A stretch of 62,486 nucleotides of DNA from Thermodesulfovibrionales bacterium (GTDB taxonomy: Bacteria > Nitrospirota > Thermodesulfovibrionia > Thermodesulfovibrionales > SM23-35). Shown here piece after piece: positions 8,816 through 17,574 of the stretch. The position numbers and the translations under genes are program-made. The DNA is taken from assembly GCA_030019415.1 (NCBI GenBank), contig JASEEX010000007.1, positions 1 through 62,486 on the forward strand, in the 5' to 3' direction. Under the pieces are notes generated by a model, which saw only the letters and a program-made list of their open reading frames with translations, made no database searches and had not been told where the DNA came from. How positions within the stretch are numbered: position 1 is the stretch's first letter; every line of letters starts with the position of its first letter.

Positions 8816-9619
8816 TTACTTCAGCCCAAGCACATCCTGCATATCATAAAGACCTGCTGGTTTACCATACACCCACATAGCCGCCTTTAATGCACCCCTT
8901 GCGAATGTGTCCCTGCTTGATGCCTTATGGGTAATCTCGATCCTTTCACCGAGGCCACCAAATATAACGGTATGTTCTCCCACAATGTCACCTGCACGTA
9001 CAGTCTGTATGCCAATTTCTCTCTTGGTTCTCTCGCCAATAAGCCCCTTTCTTGTGTATACAGCAACCTCATCAAGATTTCTGTTTATAGCATCCGCAAT
9101 TACCTGTGCCATCTTCATTGCCGTGCCACTGGGTGCATCCTTTTTCATCCTGTGGTGTGCCTCGATAATTTCTATATCGTATTCGTCACCCAAGACCTTT
9201 GCTGTCTTCTGCAACACCTTCAGTAGGAGATTTACGCCTGTGCTCATATTGGATGACATAACGCATGGTATATTTTTTATCGAAGTCTCTATCTCCTTCA
9301 CTTCGTCCCTTGAGAATCCGGTTGTTCCTATCACCATTGCCCTACCTTTCTTAGCTGAAAGCTTTACGTTTTCTTTTGTCGAGCTCGGAGTAGTAAAGTC
9401 GATAATTACATCTACATTGTCAATAATATCTTCAAGACGGTCTGCGAGTTTTATCCCTGTCTCACCTATTCCGACTACAAGTCCAATGTCCTTTCCCACC
9501 GCATCATGCCCCTTTTTTTCGAAGGCACCTGTGAGTTTCAATTCAGGATATTCCCTCGAAAGGGCAGTGATTCTGCTACCCATCCTTCCTGCTGCCCCTG
9601 CAACTGCTATCCTGACCAT
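8816..9619 (-). CDS. dapB: 4-hydroxy-tetrahydrodipicolinate reductase
   Basis: VAGAAGRMG Rossmann motif, EAHHRMKKDAPSGTA motif, 267 aa. Confidence 0.9.
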   Translation of the reverse strand: MVRIAVAGAAGRMGSRITALSREYPELKLTGAFEKKGHDAVGKDIGLVVGIGETGIKLADRLEDIIDNVDVIIDFTTPSSTKENVKLSAKKGRAMVIGTTGFSRDEVKEIETSIKNIPCVMSSNMSTGVNLLLKVLQKTAKVLGDEYDIEIIEAHHRMKKDAPSGTAMKMAQVIADAINRNLDEVAVYTRKGLIGERTKREIGIQTVRAGDIVGEHTVIFGGLGERIEITHKASSRDTFARGALKAAMWVYGKPAGLYDMQDVLGLK

Positions 9620-9634
9620 AAAGACCTCCTGTCT

Positions 9635-9805
9635 TTATTCTTTCTTTTCCTCTTTCTTCTCCTCTTGCTTTTCCCCTGCAATCCTGTATTCCTCTGATAC
9701 CCATTTGCCGAGGTCAATGAGTTTGCACCTCTCGGAACAAAATGGCCTCCAGGGATTTTCCTCCCACGTTGTTGTTTTTTTACATATAGGGCAGATAATC
9801 GTCAT
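9635..9805 (-). CDS. yacG: DNA gyrase inhibitor YacG (zinc finger), below the ORF-track length cutoff
   Basis: Manual translation [56 protein letters not shown]. CPxC...RPFCSxRCxLIDLGxW matches the YacG signature. The start ATG overlaps the uvrA TGA (ATGA). Confidence 0.8.
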   Translation of the reverse strand: MTIICPICKKTTTWEENPWRPFCSERCKLIDLGKWVSEEYRIAGEKQEEKKEEKKE

Positions 9806-12351
9806 GCTACTCTCGTATGACTTAGTCTTGACAGTTTATTTCTTAAGAATTTTCCTGTGTAGGAATTGGGGTTCATGCTGACCTCCTCTGGGGTGCCTTC
9901 TGCAACAACCCTTCCTCCTTCTTCTCCACCTTCAGGCCCGAGGTCTACAATGTAGTCGGCTGATTTTATCACATCTAAGTTGTGTTCTATTATGATGACC
10001 GTATTTCCTAAATCTATAAGTCTGTTTATTACATTGAGCAGCTTATGTATATCAACAGAATGGAGCCCTGTTGTGGGTTCATCTAATATATAGAGCGTGT
10101 TGCCTGTTGATTTTTTCCCGAGCTCTTTTGAGAGTCTCATCCTTTGTGCCTCACCCCCTGAAAGTGTTGCTGCAGGCTGTCCGAGCTGTAAATACCCAAG
10201 CCCGACATCTTCGAGGACCTCGAGTTTTTGCCTTATTAAAGGAATGAATGAGAAAAATTGAAGTGCCCCAGATACAGTCATATCAAGCACCTCAGCAATA
10301 TTTTTACCTTTATATCTGATATCGAGGGTCTCCTTATTATATCTTTTCCCCTTGCAGGTATCGCATGGTATATAAACATTAGGGAGAAAGTGCATCTCTA
10401 CCTTGATCAGTCCATCTCCGCGGCAGGATTCGCATCTTCCGCCAGACAGGTTGAAACTGAACCTTGAAGGGGTGTAGCCCCTTATCTTTGAATCAGGCAC
10501 ATGTGAGAATAACTCTCTAATAAATGAGAAGACCCCGGTATAGGTTGCTGGATTAGATCTGGGGGTCTTTCCGATAGGTGAATGGTCAACACATATCACA
10601 CGATCTATCTTATCTGCTCCTATTATCTCTTTATATCGGCCAGGTGTCATTTTGCTCCTGTAAATTTCCTTTGAGAGTGCCTTATAGAGTATCTCCAGCA
10701 CGAGTGTGCTTTTGCCTGAACCCGAAACCCCTGTTATACATGTGAAGGTTCCGAGGGGGATATTGACATTGATATCCTTGAGATTGAATTCCTGAGCACC
10801 TATTATCCTGATAAAGTCCTCTGGCTTTCTCCTTATAAGAGGAATATCTATTGATATCGAGCCACTGAGGTATTTTCCTGTTATTGACTTTTCGTTTTTC
10901 TCTATCTCTTTGGGTTTCCCTGAGGCTACAACCCAGCCACCATTCAGCCCTGCCCCAGGCCCCATATCCACAACATGGTCTGCCCACCTTATTGTCTCCT
11001 CATCGTGCTCGACAACGATAACGGTGTTTCCAGCATCCCTTATTGACGAAAGGCTTTTGAGGAGTTTTTTGCAGTCCCTCGGATGCACTCCTATTGTTGG
11101 CTCATCGAGTATATAGAGAACCCCTGTCAGGGAAGAGCCCAGTTGTGTTGCAAGCCTCATCCTCTGTGACTCTCCACCCGAGATCGTAAGGGATGACCTA
11201 TCAAGCGTGAGATAACCTAATCCTACCTTCTCGAGGAAATTAAGTCTGTCCTTGACCTCCTTAAGAACACGGGATGCAATTGTCTGCTCTCTCTCCGTGA
11301 GTTTTAGATTGTTGATAAAAAGCAGCGCATCCCTCACAGACATCCTCGCAAATTCACCTATGTTTATATCCTGTATTTTTATGTTTAATGCCTCCCTTCT
11401 CAACCTCAAACCATTACAGAGTCTGCAATATTTCTGGTCTTCTCGGAATCGAGTCGTACCGACAAGCTCGGTAGAGTCCTCCTCGAGGTTCTCAAAACCA
11501 AGGCCATTACATCTCGGGCAGGCACCCTGCTTGCTATTAAAGGAGAAGAGCATAGGGTTTATCTCGGGGTAGCTAATTCCGCATCTCGGGCAGGCAAGGG
11601 TCTTCGAAAACAGAATATCCCTGTTTTCATCAATCGAGTTTATTACTACAATATCCGAATAACTCAGGGCTGTTTCGATTGCATTCTTTATCTGGCGATC
11701 AATGCCCAGCTTTATAATCAGTCTGTCTATAACAATCTCTATGGTATGGCGTTTCTGTTTCTTGAGGGCAATATCCTCTGTCAGATCCATCATCCTGCCA
11801 TCTATCCTTGCCCTTATAAACCCTTCTCTTCTCATCTGCTGAAGCTCTTTCCTGTATTCGCCCTTTCTGTCCCTGACTATGGGTGCAAGGATTTGCAGAC
11901 GGCTGCCCCGGGGTAAAGACATAACGGAATTAATAATATCCTTAGATTCCTGTTTTGATATTAGAGAGTCGCAATTATAACAGTATGGCTTGCCTATCCT
12001 CGTGTAAAGGACGCGCATGTAGTTGTATATCTCGGTAATGGTGCCAACGGTCGAGCGAGGACTTCTTAAAGCGGTTTTCTGGTCTATAGCGATAGACGGA
12101 GACAGTCCCTCAATATAGTCCACATCGGGTTTACGGAGCTGCTCAAGGAATTGTCTTGCATAAACTGAAAGACTTTCGACATAGCGCCTCTGCCCCTCTG
12201 CATATATCGTATCGATAGCAAGGGATGATTTACCTGAACCTGATGGGCCTGTTATTACAGTTATTGTATCTCTGGGTATTGACAGGTCGATATTCTTGAG
12301 ATTATGCTCTCTTGCACCTTTTATTGTTATGTAGTTTTGCATATTATCCAT
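9802..12351 (-). CDS. uvrA: excinuclease ABC subunit A, short form (849 aa)
   Basis: Two ABC modules ([18 protein letters not shown]; [16 protein letters not shown]) and a UvrB-binding-like region. Only 27 residues separate CPRC from CRLC, where the insertion domain normally sits. Confidence 0.9.
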   Translation of the reverse strand: MDNMQNYITIKGAREHNLKNIDLSIPRDTITVITGPSGSGKSSLAIDTIYAEGQRRYVESLSVYARQFLEQLRKPDVDYIEGLSPSIAIDQKTALRSPRSTVGTITEIYNYMRVLYTRIGKPYCYNCDSLISKQESKDIINSVMSLPRGSRLQILAPIVRDRKGEYRKELQQMRREGFIRARIDGRMMDLTEDIALKKQKRHTIEIVIDRLIIKLGIDRQIKNAIETALSYSDIVVINSIDENRDILFSKTLACPRCGISYPEINPMLFSFNSKQGACPRCNGLGFENLEEDSTELVGTTRFREDQKYCRLCNGLRLRREALNIKIQDINIGEFARMSVRDALLFINNLKLTEREQTIASRVLKEVKDRLNFLEKVGLGYLTLDRSSLTISGGESQRMRLATQLGSSLTGVLYILDEPTIGVHPRDCKKLLKSLSSIRDAGNTVIVVEHDEETIRWADHVVDMGPGAGLNGGWVVASGKPKEIEKNEKSITGKYLSGSISIDIPLIRRKPEDFIRIIGAQEFNLKDINVNIPLGTFTCITGVSGSGKSTLVLEILYKALSKEIYRSKMTPGRYKEIIGADKIDRVICVDHSPIGKTPRSNPATYTGVFSFIRELFSHVPDSKIRGYTPSRFSFNLSGGRCESCRGDGLIKVEMHFLPNVYIPCDTCKGKRYNKETLDIRYKGKNIAEVLDMTVSGALQFFSFIPLIRQKLEVLEDVGLGYLQLGQPAATLSGGEAQRMRLSKELGKKSTGNTLYILDEPTTGLHSVDIHKLLNVINRLIDLGNTVIIIEHNLDVIKSADYIVDLGPEGGEEGGRVVAEGTPEEVSMNPNSYTGKFLRNKLSRLSHTRVA

Positions 12352-12537
12352 TAATATATCATAAAAGGAGATTTTACCCCCGCACCTTTGACTTATTTTT
12401 TAGTAATCTCCCCTTACCCCTCTTTAAAAAAGAGGGGAATAGAGTAAAGGGGGCTGGGGATTACTAATTTTCATTATCTTTGTGTCTTTTTAGACATGAA
12501 TGTTCCCTTTTTTAAAGGGCTTGTGTAATATGAATAT

Positions 12538-12909
12538 ATGAGGAAGATTTTTTTGCTATTGTTTTTACTCCTCTTCCCAGTGGTCTCCTATTCCCAGCCT
12601 TTAATATTGTTCGATACAGACAGATATGATTTTGGGACAATAAATGTAGGTGAAATGATCGAATATACATTTGAGTTTACAAATGCAGGTGATGAAGAGC
12701 TCGTCATAGAAAAACTGATTCCCTCCTGAGGGTGCACAGCGATGATGGCTAGTTTGAGCCGCCTGAAGCCTGGGGAAAAAGGAAAGATTATTGCAAAGAT
12801 TGATATAAAGGGCAGGGTGGGCTCTATCTCTAAAAGCGTACGGGTTTTCTCCAATGACCCTAAAAGGCCTGCGGTTACCCTTGGTCTAAAGGCACTGATA
12901 AGACAGTGA
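12538..12909 (+). CDS. DUF1573-family secreted protein with in-frame TGA (candidate selenocysteine) at 12727-12729
   Basis: Signal peptide. [28 protein letters not shown]...PS-TGA-GCT aligns with the family SCGCT motif. The frame stays open and family-like (KPGEKGKI...VRVFSNDP) to the TGA at 12907-12909. Confidence 0.6.
12744..12763 (+). promoter_or_regulatory. candidate SECIS-like stem-loop downstream of the in-frame TGA
   Basis: gatggct-agtttg-agccgcc. The core is 4 bp (ggct/agcc) extended by a G-U pair and a G-C pair across one mismatch. The apical loop contains GU and starts 24 nt after the U of UGA. The structure is weak. Confidence 0.3.
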
Positions 12910-13640
12910 ACCGTTCTATTTTGTTCATATGGATGTGGGTATTACTTACTATTTGCTGCTTGCTATTTGCAACTTGCCACTCATTAATGGCATCGGACCC
13001 TTATCTACAGAAGCGTCAGGCCATGGTAGAAAATGATATAAAGGGCAGAGGTATAAAAGATAAAAGGGTTCTTGAGGTAATGGGGAAGATTCCGAGGCAC
13101 CTTTTTGTGGATGAACATCTGAGGGACAGGGCATATGCAGATTATCCGCTACCGATAGGAGAGGGACAGACAATTTCTCAGCCCTATGTCGTTTCCCTTA
13201 TGACGGAGGCATTAATGTTAAGGCCCACTGACAGGGTGCTTGAAATAGGCACAGGCTCAGGTTACCAGGCAGCGGTACTGGCAGAAATAGTAAAAGAGGT
13301 TTATACGATAGAGATAAGGAAATCCCTTGCAGACATGGCGGCTAAGAGGCTTAAAGACCTCGGTTATAAGAATGTGAAGGTGAAACATGCTGACGGTTAT
13401 TCTGGATGGGAAGAATATGCTTCCTTCGATGCAATAATCATAACCGCCGCAGCAAACCATATCCCCCCGCCCTTGATTAAACAACTTAAGGAGGGGGGAA
13501 GACTCATAATCCCTCTTGGAAGCACAGTCTATTATCAGGTACTGACCCTCGTGGCAAAGAGGAAGGGTGAACTCGATGTCGAGCAGATAGGACCTGTGGC
13601 CTTCGTGCCAATGGTTGGAGAGGCACAAAGGAGAAAATGA
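12906..13640 (+). CDS. pcm: protein-L-isoaspartate O-methyltransferase with N-terminal hydrophobic extension
   Basis: QTISQPYVV and [17 protein letters not shown]-binding motifs. The GTG start overlaps the upstream stop (GTGA), and the true start may be internal. Confidence 0.85.
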   Translation: MNRSILFIWMWVLLTICCLLFATCHSLMASDPYLQKRQAMVENDIKGRGIKDKRVLEVMGKIPRHLFVDEHLRDRAYADYPLPIGEGQTISQPYVVSLMTEALMLRPTDRVLEIGTGSGYQAAVLAEIVKEVYTIEIRKSLADMAAKRLKDLGYKNVKVKHADGYSGWEEYASFDAIIITAAANHIPPPLIKQLKEGGRLIIPLGSTVYYQVLTLVAKRKGELDVEQIGPVAFVPMVGEAQRRK

Positions 13641-13649
13641 GATATACTA

Positions 13650-13765
13650 TGACAGGAGACAACCCTTTCGCTTATTCTCGCCCCGCACTATGACATAGTG
13701 CGGGGCTCCGAGGTAAATTCTGTCTTCGACAGAATTTAAAGCCGCTCAAGGGTTGTCTCCTGTCA
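13650..13765. repeat. nested palindromic element (outer 18-bp stem enclosing two hairpins) between convergent genes
   Basis: Outer tgacaggagacaaccctt/aagggttgtctcctgtca is perfect. Inner gccccgcactatg-a-catagtgcggggc (13 bp) and aaattctgtc-ttc-gacagaattt (10 bp). Confidence 0.75.
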
Positions 13766-16168
13766 TTCTGATCTCTTTAAAAAACTCTGCAGTGTTATAA
13801 AAGCCATCATATATGTTAGTGCACCTATCCATAAGACCATTTTAAACCCTATGACCATTGCTGACATAATAGTAAGGATGGGTGCAATGACCGAGAAGCA
13901 ACCATTTATCGCCCATGCCCAGGGGATTAATGATTCATTCTTCTCACCGAGGATTTTCAGACCTGCGGGGAAGGGGATGCCCATGAGAAGGCCGAGCGGC
14001 ATGAGGATGAAGAGTACTAAAATAATCTTGACTGGAATTGAATACGGAGAAATTATATCCGAGACGGCTGGAAAAAGGATGCTGTAAACAATAATAAGAA
14101 AGGAGATTACAATGGCTACAGAGGGCCTCCTTAAACCTGAAACCCTGTGACTCAATAGACTCCCGATACCCGAACTTATGAGGATTGATGTGAGGACGGT
14201 AGCGACTGCATAGGATGGGTTTTCAAGGGGAAGGATGATCTTCTGGATCAGAGATATTTCCACAAACATAAATCCAATGCCGAGAAAGGCAAAGTAAGGA
14301 AGGAAGCTCCTTCCCCTGTCATTGCGAGCCCCGTATTTAATACGGGGCGAAGCAATCTCGTCTTTCTTTCTTGAAAAAGCGGGAAGAAGTACGAGGACAA
14401 GGCTTAAAAACATTACCTGCATGAAGATCACTGGAAGGATGTATCCTTCTTCTATAAAATACTGCCATTTTTCTCCCATAATTTTATAGATCTCCTTGAT
14501 GTTTTTGAGTTTGAGATAATAATGAAAAAATGGGCTGTCATCACGGACAGGGCTTATATCAAAGATATAATCATGTATAAACCCTGTACGTGTTTCGGGA
14601 TTCAGGATATTTTTAAAGGCAGTGAAATATTCATTTGAAGGCATTCGAATATAGACGTTCGCCTCCTCTTCTTTGATGCCCGGATAGTGTATTAAATCGA
14701 ACCGTCTGTCTTTTGAAAACTCCTTGATAGCCTCTATCTCATTAAGGGTAAAGGGTGATCTTTTTATGAGAATACATATACTTCCCCAACTTCGAATAGC
14801 TACAACCTGTTTTTCCATATCTTTTATCCCGAGCTCCTCCATAGCTGTAATAATGGTATTTATGAGTCTCAATTCTATTCGTGGAGGCGGTAATATAAAC
14901 AGGTTTATGCTCAAAAGCCCTTCTGGTTTTAGATGGCCTATATATTCCGTGAATGCCTCAACAGTAGACCCGTAGTCCTCTGATATTCCAAAAGAACCAG
15001 AGGGTGCTGAGCCCATCAATGAGATGTCGATAATATCGAATTTCTTGTAACCTGACTTGAGCCATGACCTTCCAAGCCCTGACCATGTATTGTCCCTGTA
15101 AATGTTGCCAGAGAAGTCTTTAAATTCATCCCTGATGATTTCTATCAAGAGAGGATTGGACTCGACCTTGTAGAGATTTTTTGAGCTGTAATAAGCTGCA
15201 ACGATGACTTGAAGACCTCCTTTTGGGTCGAGGATTAATACATCCTCCAAATTGCCTATTTCATAGGGGAGTGAAGATGGTAGAAATCTGATAAATCTCA
15301 GGGGGTCCGTGGGGGAAACAGAGTTTCCCCCACGCACTATAGCATTTATCTCGCTTCCATCTATTGAAAACCCTATCTGTTCAGGGAGTTTATCAAGATA
15401 CCTGAGGCTCAGACCAGGGGCAAAACGCACCGCAGGGCTCTTAAATGTGTCTATCCTTGAGAAGGGACTGAAATAGGTCTTTAAATGTTCTGCTTCAGGA
15501 TATCTCAGGGCTACCTGAAGCCCCTTGTATGGAGACATCCTGAGGTTAATAAATACAGGTTGAAAGAACAGAGCAGAAAGGTTAAGTAAGATTAATACCA
15601 GAGAGATTGCCTTCAGCCTTTTCTCACTGATAATAAATGATGTTATGAGTACGATTGAAGAGAGGATAAAAACAGCCTTATCAGGCCCTGTGATTGTCAT
15701 GAGATACAGGATTCCTATCGAGCCTATACCTGCACCGAGAAGGTCTGCACCATAAATCATACCTGATTTCTCGCTTATACAGGAGAATGCTGTAGCGATG
15801 ATCAATCCTGTAAAGAAAAATGGCATCGAGAGTGTTACGTAGTAGAGACCGATATAAAGCAACTGTATCCTTGACCAAGAAAGCCTCACTGGGTCAAAGG
15901 GTATCTGATTTGAAAGAAGATAACTCAGAGATATTCCGGTACCGAGCAACAGGCTATAAATACCGATATTGGATAGGCTTCTAAGTTTAGGATAGAGGGA
16001 CAGTAATGTCCCGCTTGCACCGATGCCAAGCATGGCAATACTTATTATCATAAAAGCAAAGTGGTACCAGAGGGAGACAGAAAATATCCTCGTGAGGGCT
16101 ATCTCATAGGCAAGGCTCGAAAAGGAGCACAGGAATATTACTAAGAATATCCTTGGGTCTCTATACAT
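13763..16168 (-). CDS. polytopic membrane protein fused to a spermidine-synthase-like methyltransferase-fold domain
   Basis: N- and C-terminal multi-TM blocks. The central region (DIIDISLMG...EAFTEYIGHLKPEGLLSI) resembles aminopropyltransferases. It contains two palindromic inserts. Confidence 0.55.
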   Translation of the reverse strand: MYRDPRIFLVIFLCSFSSLAYEIALTRIFSVSLWYHFAFMIISIAMLGIGASGTLLSLYPKLRSLSNIGIYSLLLGTGISLSYLLSNQIPFDPVRLSWSRIQLLYIGLYYVTLSMPFFFTGLIIATAFSCISEKSGMIYGADLLGAGIGSIGILYLMTITGPDKAVFILSSIVLITSFIISEKRLKAISLVLILLNLSALFFQPVFINLRMSPYKGLQVALRYPEAEHLKTYFSPFSRIDTFKSPAVRFAPGLSLRYLDKLPEQIGFSIDGSEINAIVRGGNSVSPTDPLRFIRFLPSSLPYEIGNLEDVLILDPKGGLQVIVAAYYSSKNLYKVESNPLLIEIIRDEFKDFSGNIYRDNTWSGLGRSWLKSGYKKFDIIDISLMGSAPSGSFGISEDYGSTVEAFTEYIGHLKPEGLLSINLFILPPPRIELRLINTIITAMEELGIKDMEKQVVAIRSWGSICILIKRSPFTLNEIEAIKEFSKDRRFDLIHYPGIKEEEANVYIRMPSNEYFTAFKNILNPETRTGFIHDYIFDISPVRDDSPFFHYYLKLKNIKEIYKIMGEKWQYFIEEGYILPVIFMQVMFLSLVLVLLPAFSRKKDEIASPRIKYGARNDRGRSFLPYFAFLGIGFMFVEISLIQKIILPLENPSYAVATVLTSILISSGIGSLLSHRVSGLRRPSVAIVISFLIIVYSILFPAVSDIISPYSIPVKIILVLFILMPLGLLMGIPFPAGLKILGEKNESLIPWAWAINGCFSVIAPILTIMSAMVIGFKMVLWIGALTYMMAFITLQSFLKRSE
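14318..14357. repeat. GTCATTGCGAG...GAAGCAATC hairpin element inside a CDS
   Basis: gtcattgcgagccccgtatttaatacggggcgaagcaatc. The inner stem ccccgta/tacgggg is perfect. It is translated as part of ...ASPRIKYGARNDRG... in the minus-strand gene. Confidence 0.6.
15308..15334. repeat. 12-bp-arm perfect palindrome CGTGGGGGAAAC-aga-GTTTCCCCCACG inside a CDS
   Basis: Read directly. A near-identical copy lies at 17146-17172 in a different gene, and both are followed by cact. Confidence 0.8.
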
Positions 16169-16361
16169 TATTTAAAAATTAGTTTCTTTTCCAAAAAGTT
16201 GCAAAAAGGGTTCAAGGATTCGGGGGTTCAGGGGTTCGCGTGCTTTCCACTTGAATCCTTTGTCCCTTATATCCTTACATTTATTCAAACCGTCATGAGC
16301 CTTTGGCTCACAAAGGGACATGAAAATTGTCCAGACGATATTTACATATGCTAAACCAGCT

Positions 16362-16419
16362 GTCATTCCCGCTTGTCGGGAATCTTTCTTCAGAAGGATT
16401 CTGGTCAAGCCAGAATGAC
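16362..16419. repeat. GTCATTCC...GGAATC / GATTC...GAATGAC double-hairpin element
   Basis: gtcattcccgcttgtcgggaatc tttcttcagaag gattctggtcaagccagaatgac. Confidence 0.6.
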
Positions 16420-16511
16420 ATTTTCGGGACAAAGACTAATATCTCACTCTATTATAGTGCAAATATCTTCCCCTTTCTTGACATCCCTTTGTTATAAATG
16501 CAGTCTATATT

Positions 16512-17390
16512 ATGGATTATTCATGGGTATTACTTTCATTAATATCTGCCTTTACACTTGCAACAAGCGATGCCCTTACCAAGAAGGCCCTTACCTCCAG
16601 TAATGAGTATATAGTTGCATGGCTAAGGCTCATCTTTTCACTGCCCCTGTTGTTCGTCATCTTTTTATTTATACCTGTGCCTGAGCTTGATAGGGCTTTT
16701 TATACTGCCTTTTTACTCGCCCTACCACTCGAGATACTTTCTATAGTCCTGTATATAAAGGCCTTAAGGCTTTCGCCGTTAAGCCTTACCCTTCCATTCC
16801 TTGCGCTTACGCCTGTATTTCTTATCTTTGTCTCTTATGCCATACTCGGAGAGAAGGTCTCCTTATGGGGTGGTGCAGGTATCCTTTTAATTGCAGCAGG
16901 AAGCTATACTCTGAATATTAGCAAAATAAAGGAGGGCATATTTGAGCCCCTCAGGGCAATAACAAAAGAGAAGGGCTCGGTCTTGATGATAGGCGTTGCA
17001 CTTATTTACAGTTTTACCTCATCCCTCGGCAAGATGGCTATAGAGCATTCTTCACCTCTGTTTTTCGGGGTTACATACTTTACGGTTCTGGCTTTCTTTT
17101 TCACCCCTGTTGCATTATCTAAAGGCAGAGAAGGGATAGGGGGCTCGTGGGGGAGACAAAGTCTCCCCCACGCACTCCTTCTGCCGGGTATCTTTTACTC
17201 TCTCATGGTAGTGTCCCATATGATTGCAATGAGCCTTGCAAAGGTCGCCTATGTGATATCTGTAAAAAGGATGAGCCTTATTATTGGAGTTTTATTTGGC
17301 TATCTCTTTTTCAAGGAAAAAAATATAAGGGAGAGACTTTTCGGTACAATGCTGATGTTTATCGGGTTTGTAATGGTTGTTACAGCATAA
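16512..17390 (+). CDS. EamA/DMT-family transporter
   Basis: 292 aa, about 10 TM segments in two EamA-like halves. It contains the 17146-17172 palindrome in-frame. Confidence 0.8.
   Translation: MDYSWVLLSLISAFTLATSDALTKKALTSSNEYIVAWLRLIFSLPLLFVIFLFIPVPELDRAFYTAFLLALPLEILSIVLYIKALRLSPLSLTLPFLALTPVFLIFVSYAILGEKVSLWGGAGILLIAAGSYTLNISKIKEGIFEPLRAITKEKGSVLMIGVALIYSFTSSLGKMAIEHSSPLFFGVTYFTVLAFFFTPVALSKGREGIGGSWGRQSLPHALLLPGIFYSLMVVSHMIAMSLAKVAYVISVKRMSLIIGVLFGYLFFKEKNIRERLFGTMLMFIGFVMVVTA
17146..17172. repeat. 12-bp-arm perfect palindrome CGTGGGGGAGAC-aaa-GTCTCCCCCACG inside a CDS
   Basis: Read directly. It encodes SWGRQSLPH in a loop of the EamA protein and is a sibling of 15308-15334. Confidence 0.8.
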
Positions 17391-17400
17391 AAAAACTTAG

Positions 17401-17506
17401 AGATTCTTCAGTCCCCTTCGCTCCGCTCAGGGTCCTTCAGAATGACATTAGAAATTATTGTTGTCATTCTGAGTCCGCCCGCCTGAGGCGGGCGGGCGAA
17501 GAATCT
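17401..17506. repeat. inverted pair of GTCATTCTGAG...GAAGAATCT-type hairpin elements
   Basis: agattcttc...ttcagaatgac then gtcattctga-gtccgcccgcctgaggcgggcgggc-gaagaatct. Confidence 0.6.
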
Positions 17507-17574
17507 CAAGATTTCGTAAATTTACCGTGAAACTAATTAGTTGTCTTTGTTTTTGTTCTGTTTTAAAATATACC

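Noticed and set aside
12588-12854. Antisense ORF 12588-12854 as the real gene across the TGA region.
   Set aside because: The plus-strand translation matches the DUF1573 pattern on both sides of the TGA and has a signal peptide. The antisense product has no recognisable features.
16172-16432. ORFs 16172-16432, 16373-16603, 17147-17530, 25417-25743, 25489-25711 and 8383-8849 as small proteins.
   Set aside because: Their sequences are translations of the palindromic repeat elements (GTCATTCC..., CCCCGCACC...) and intergenic spacers. There is no coding signature.
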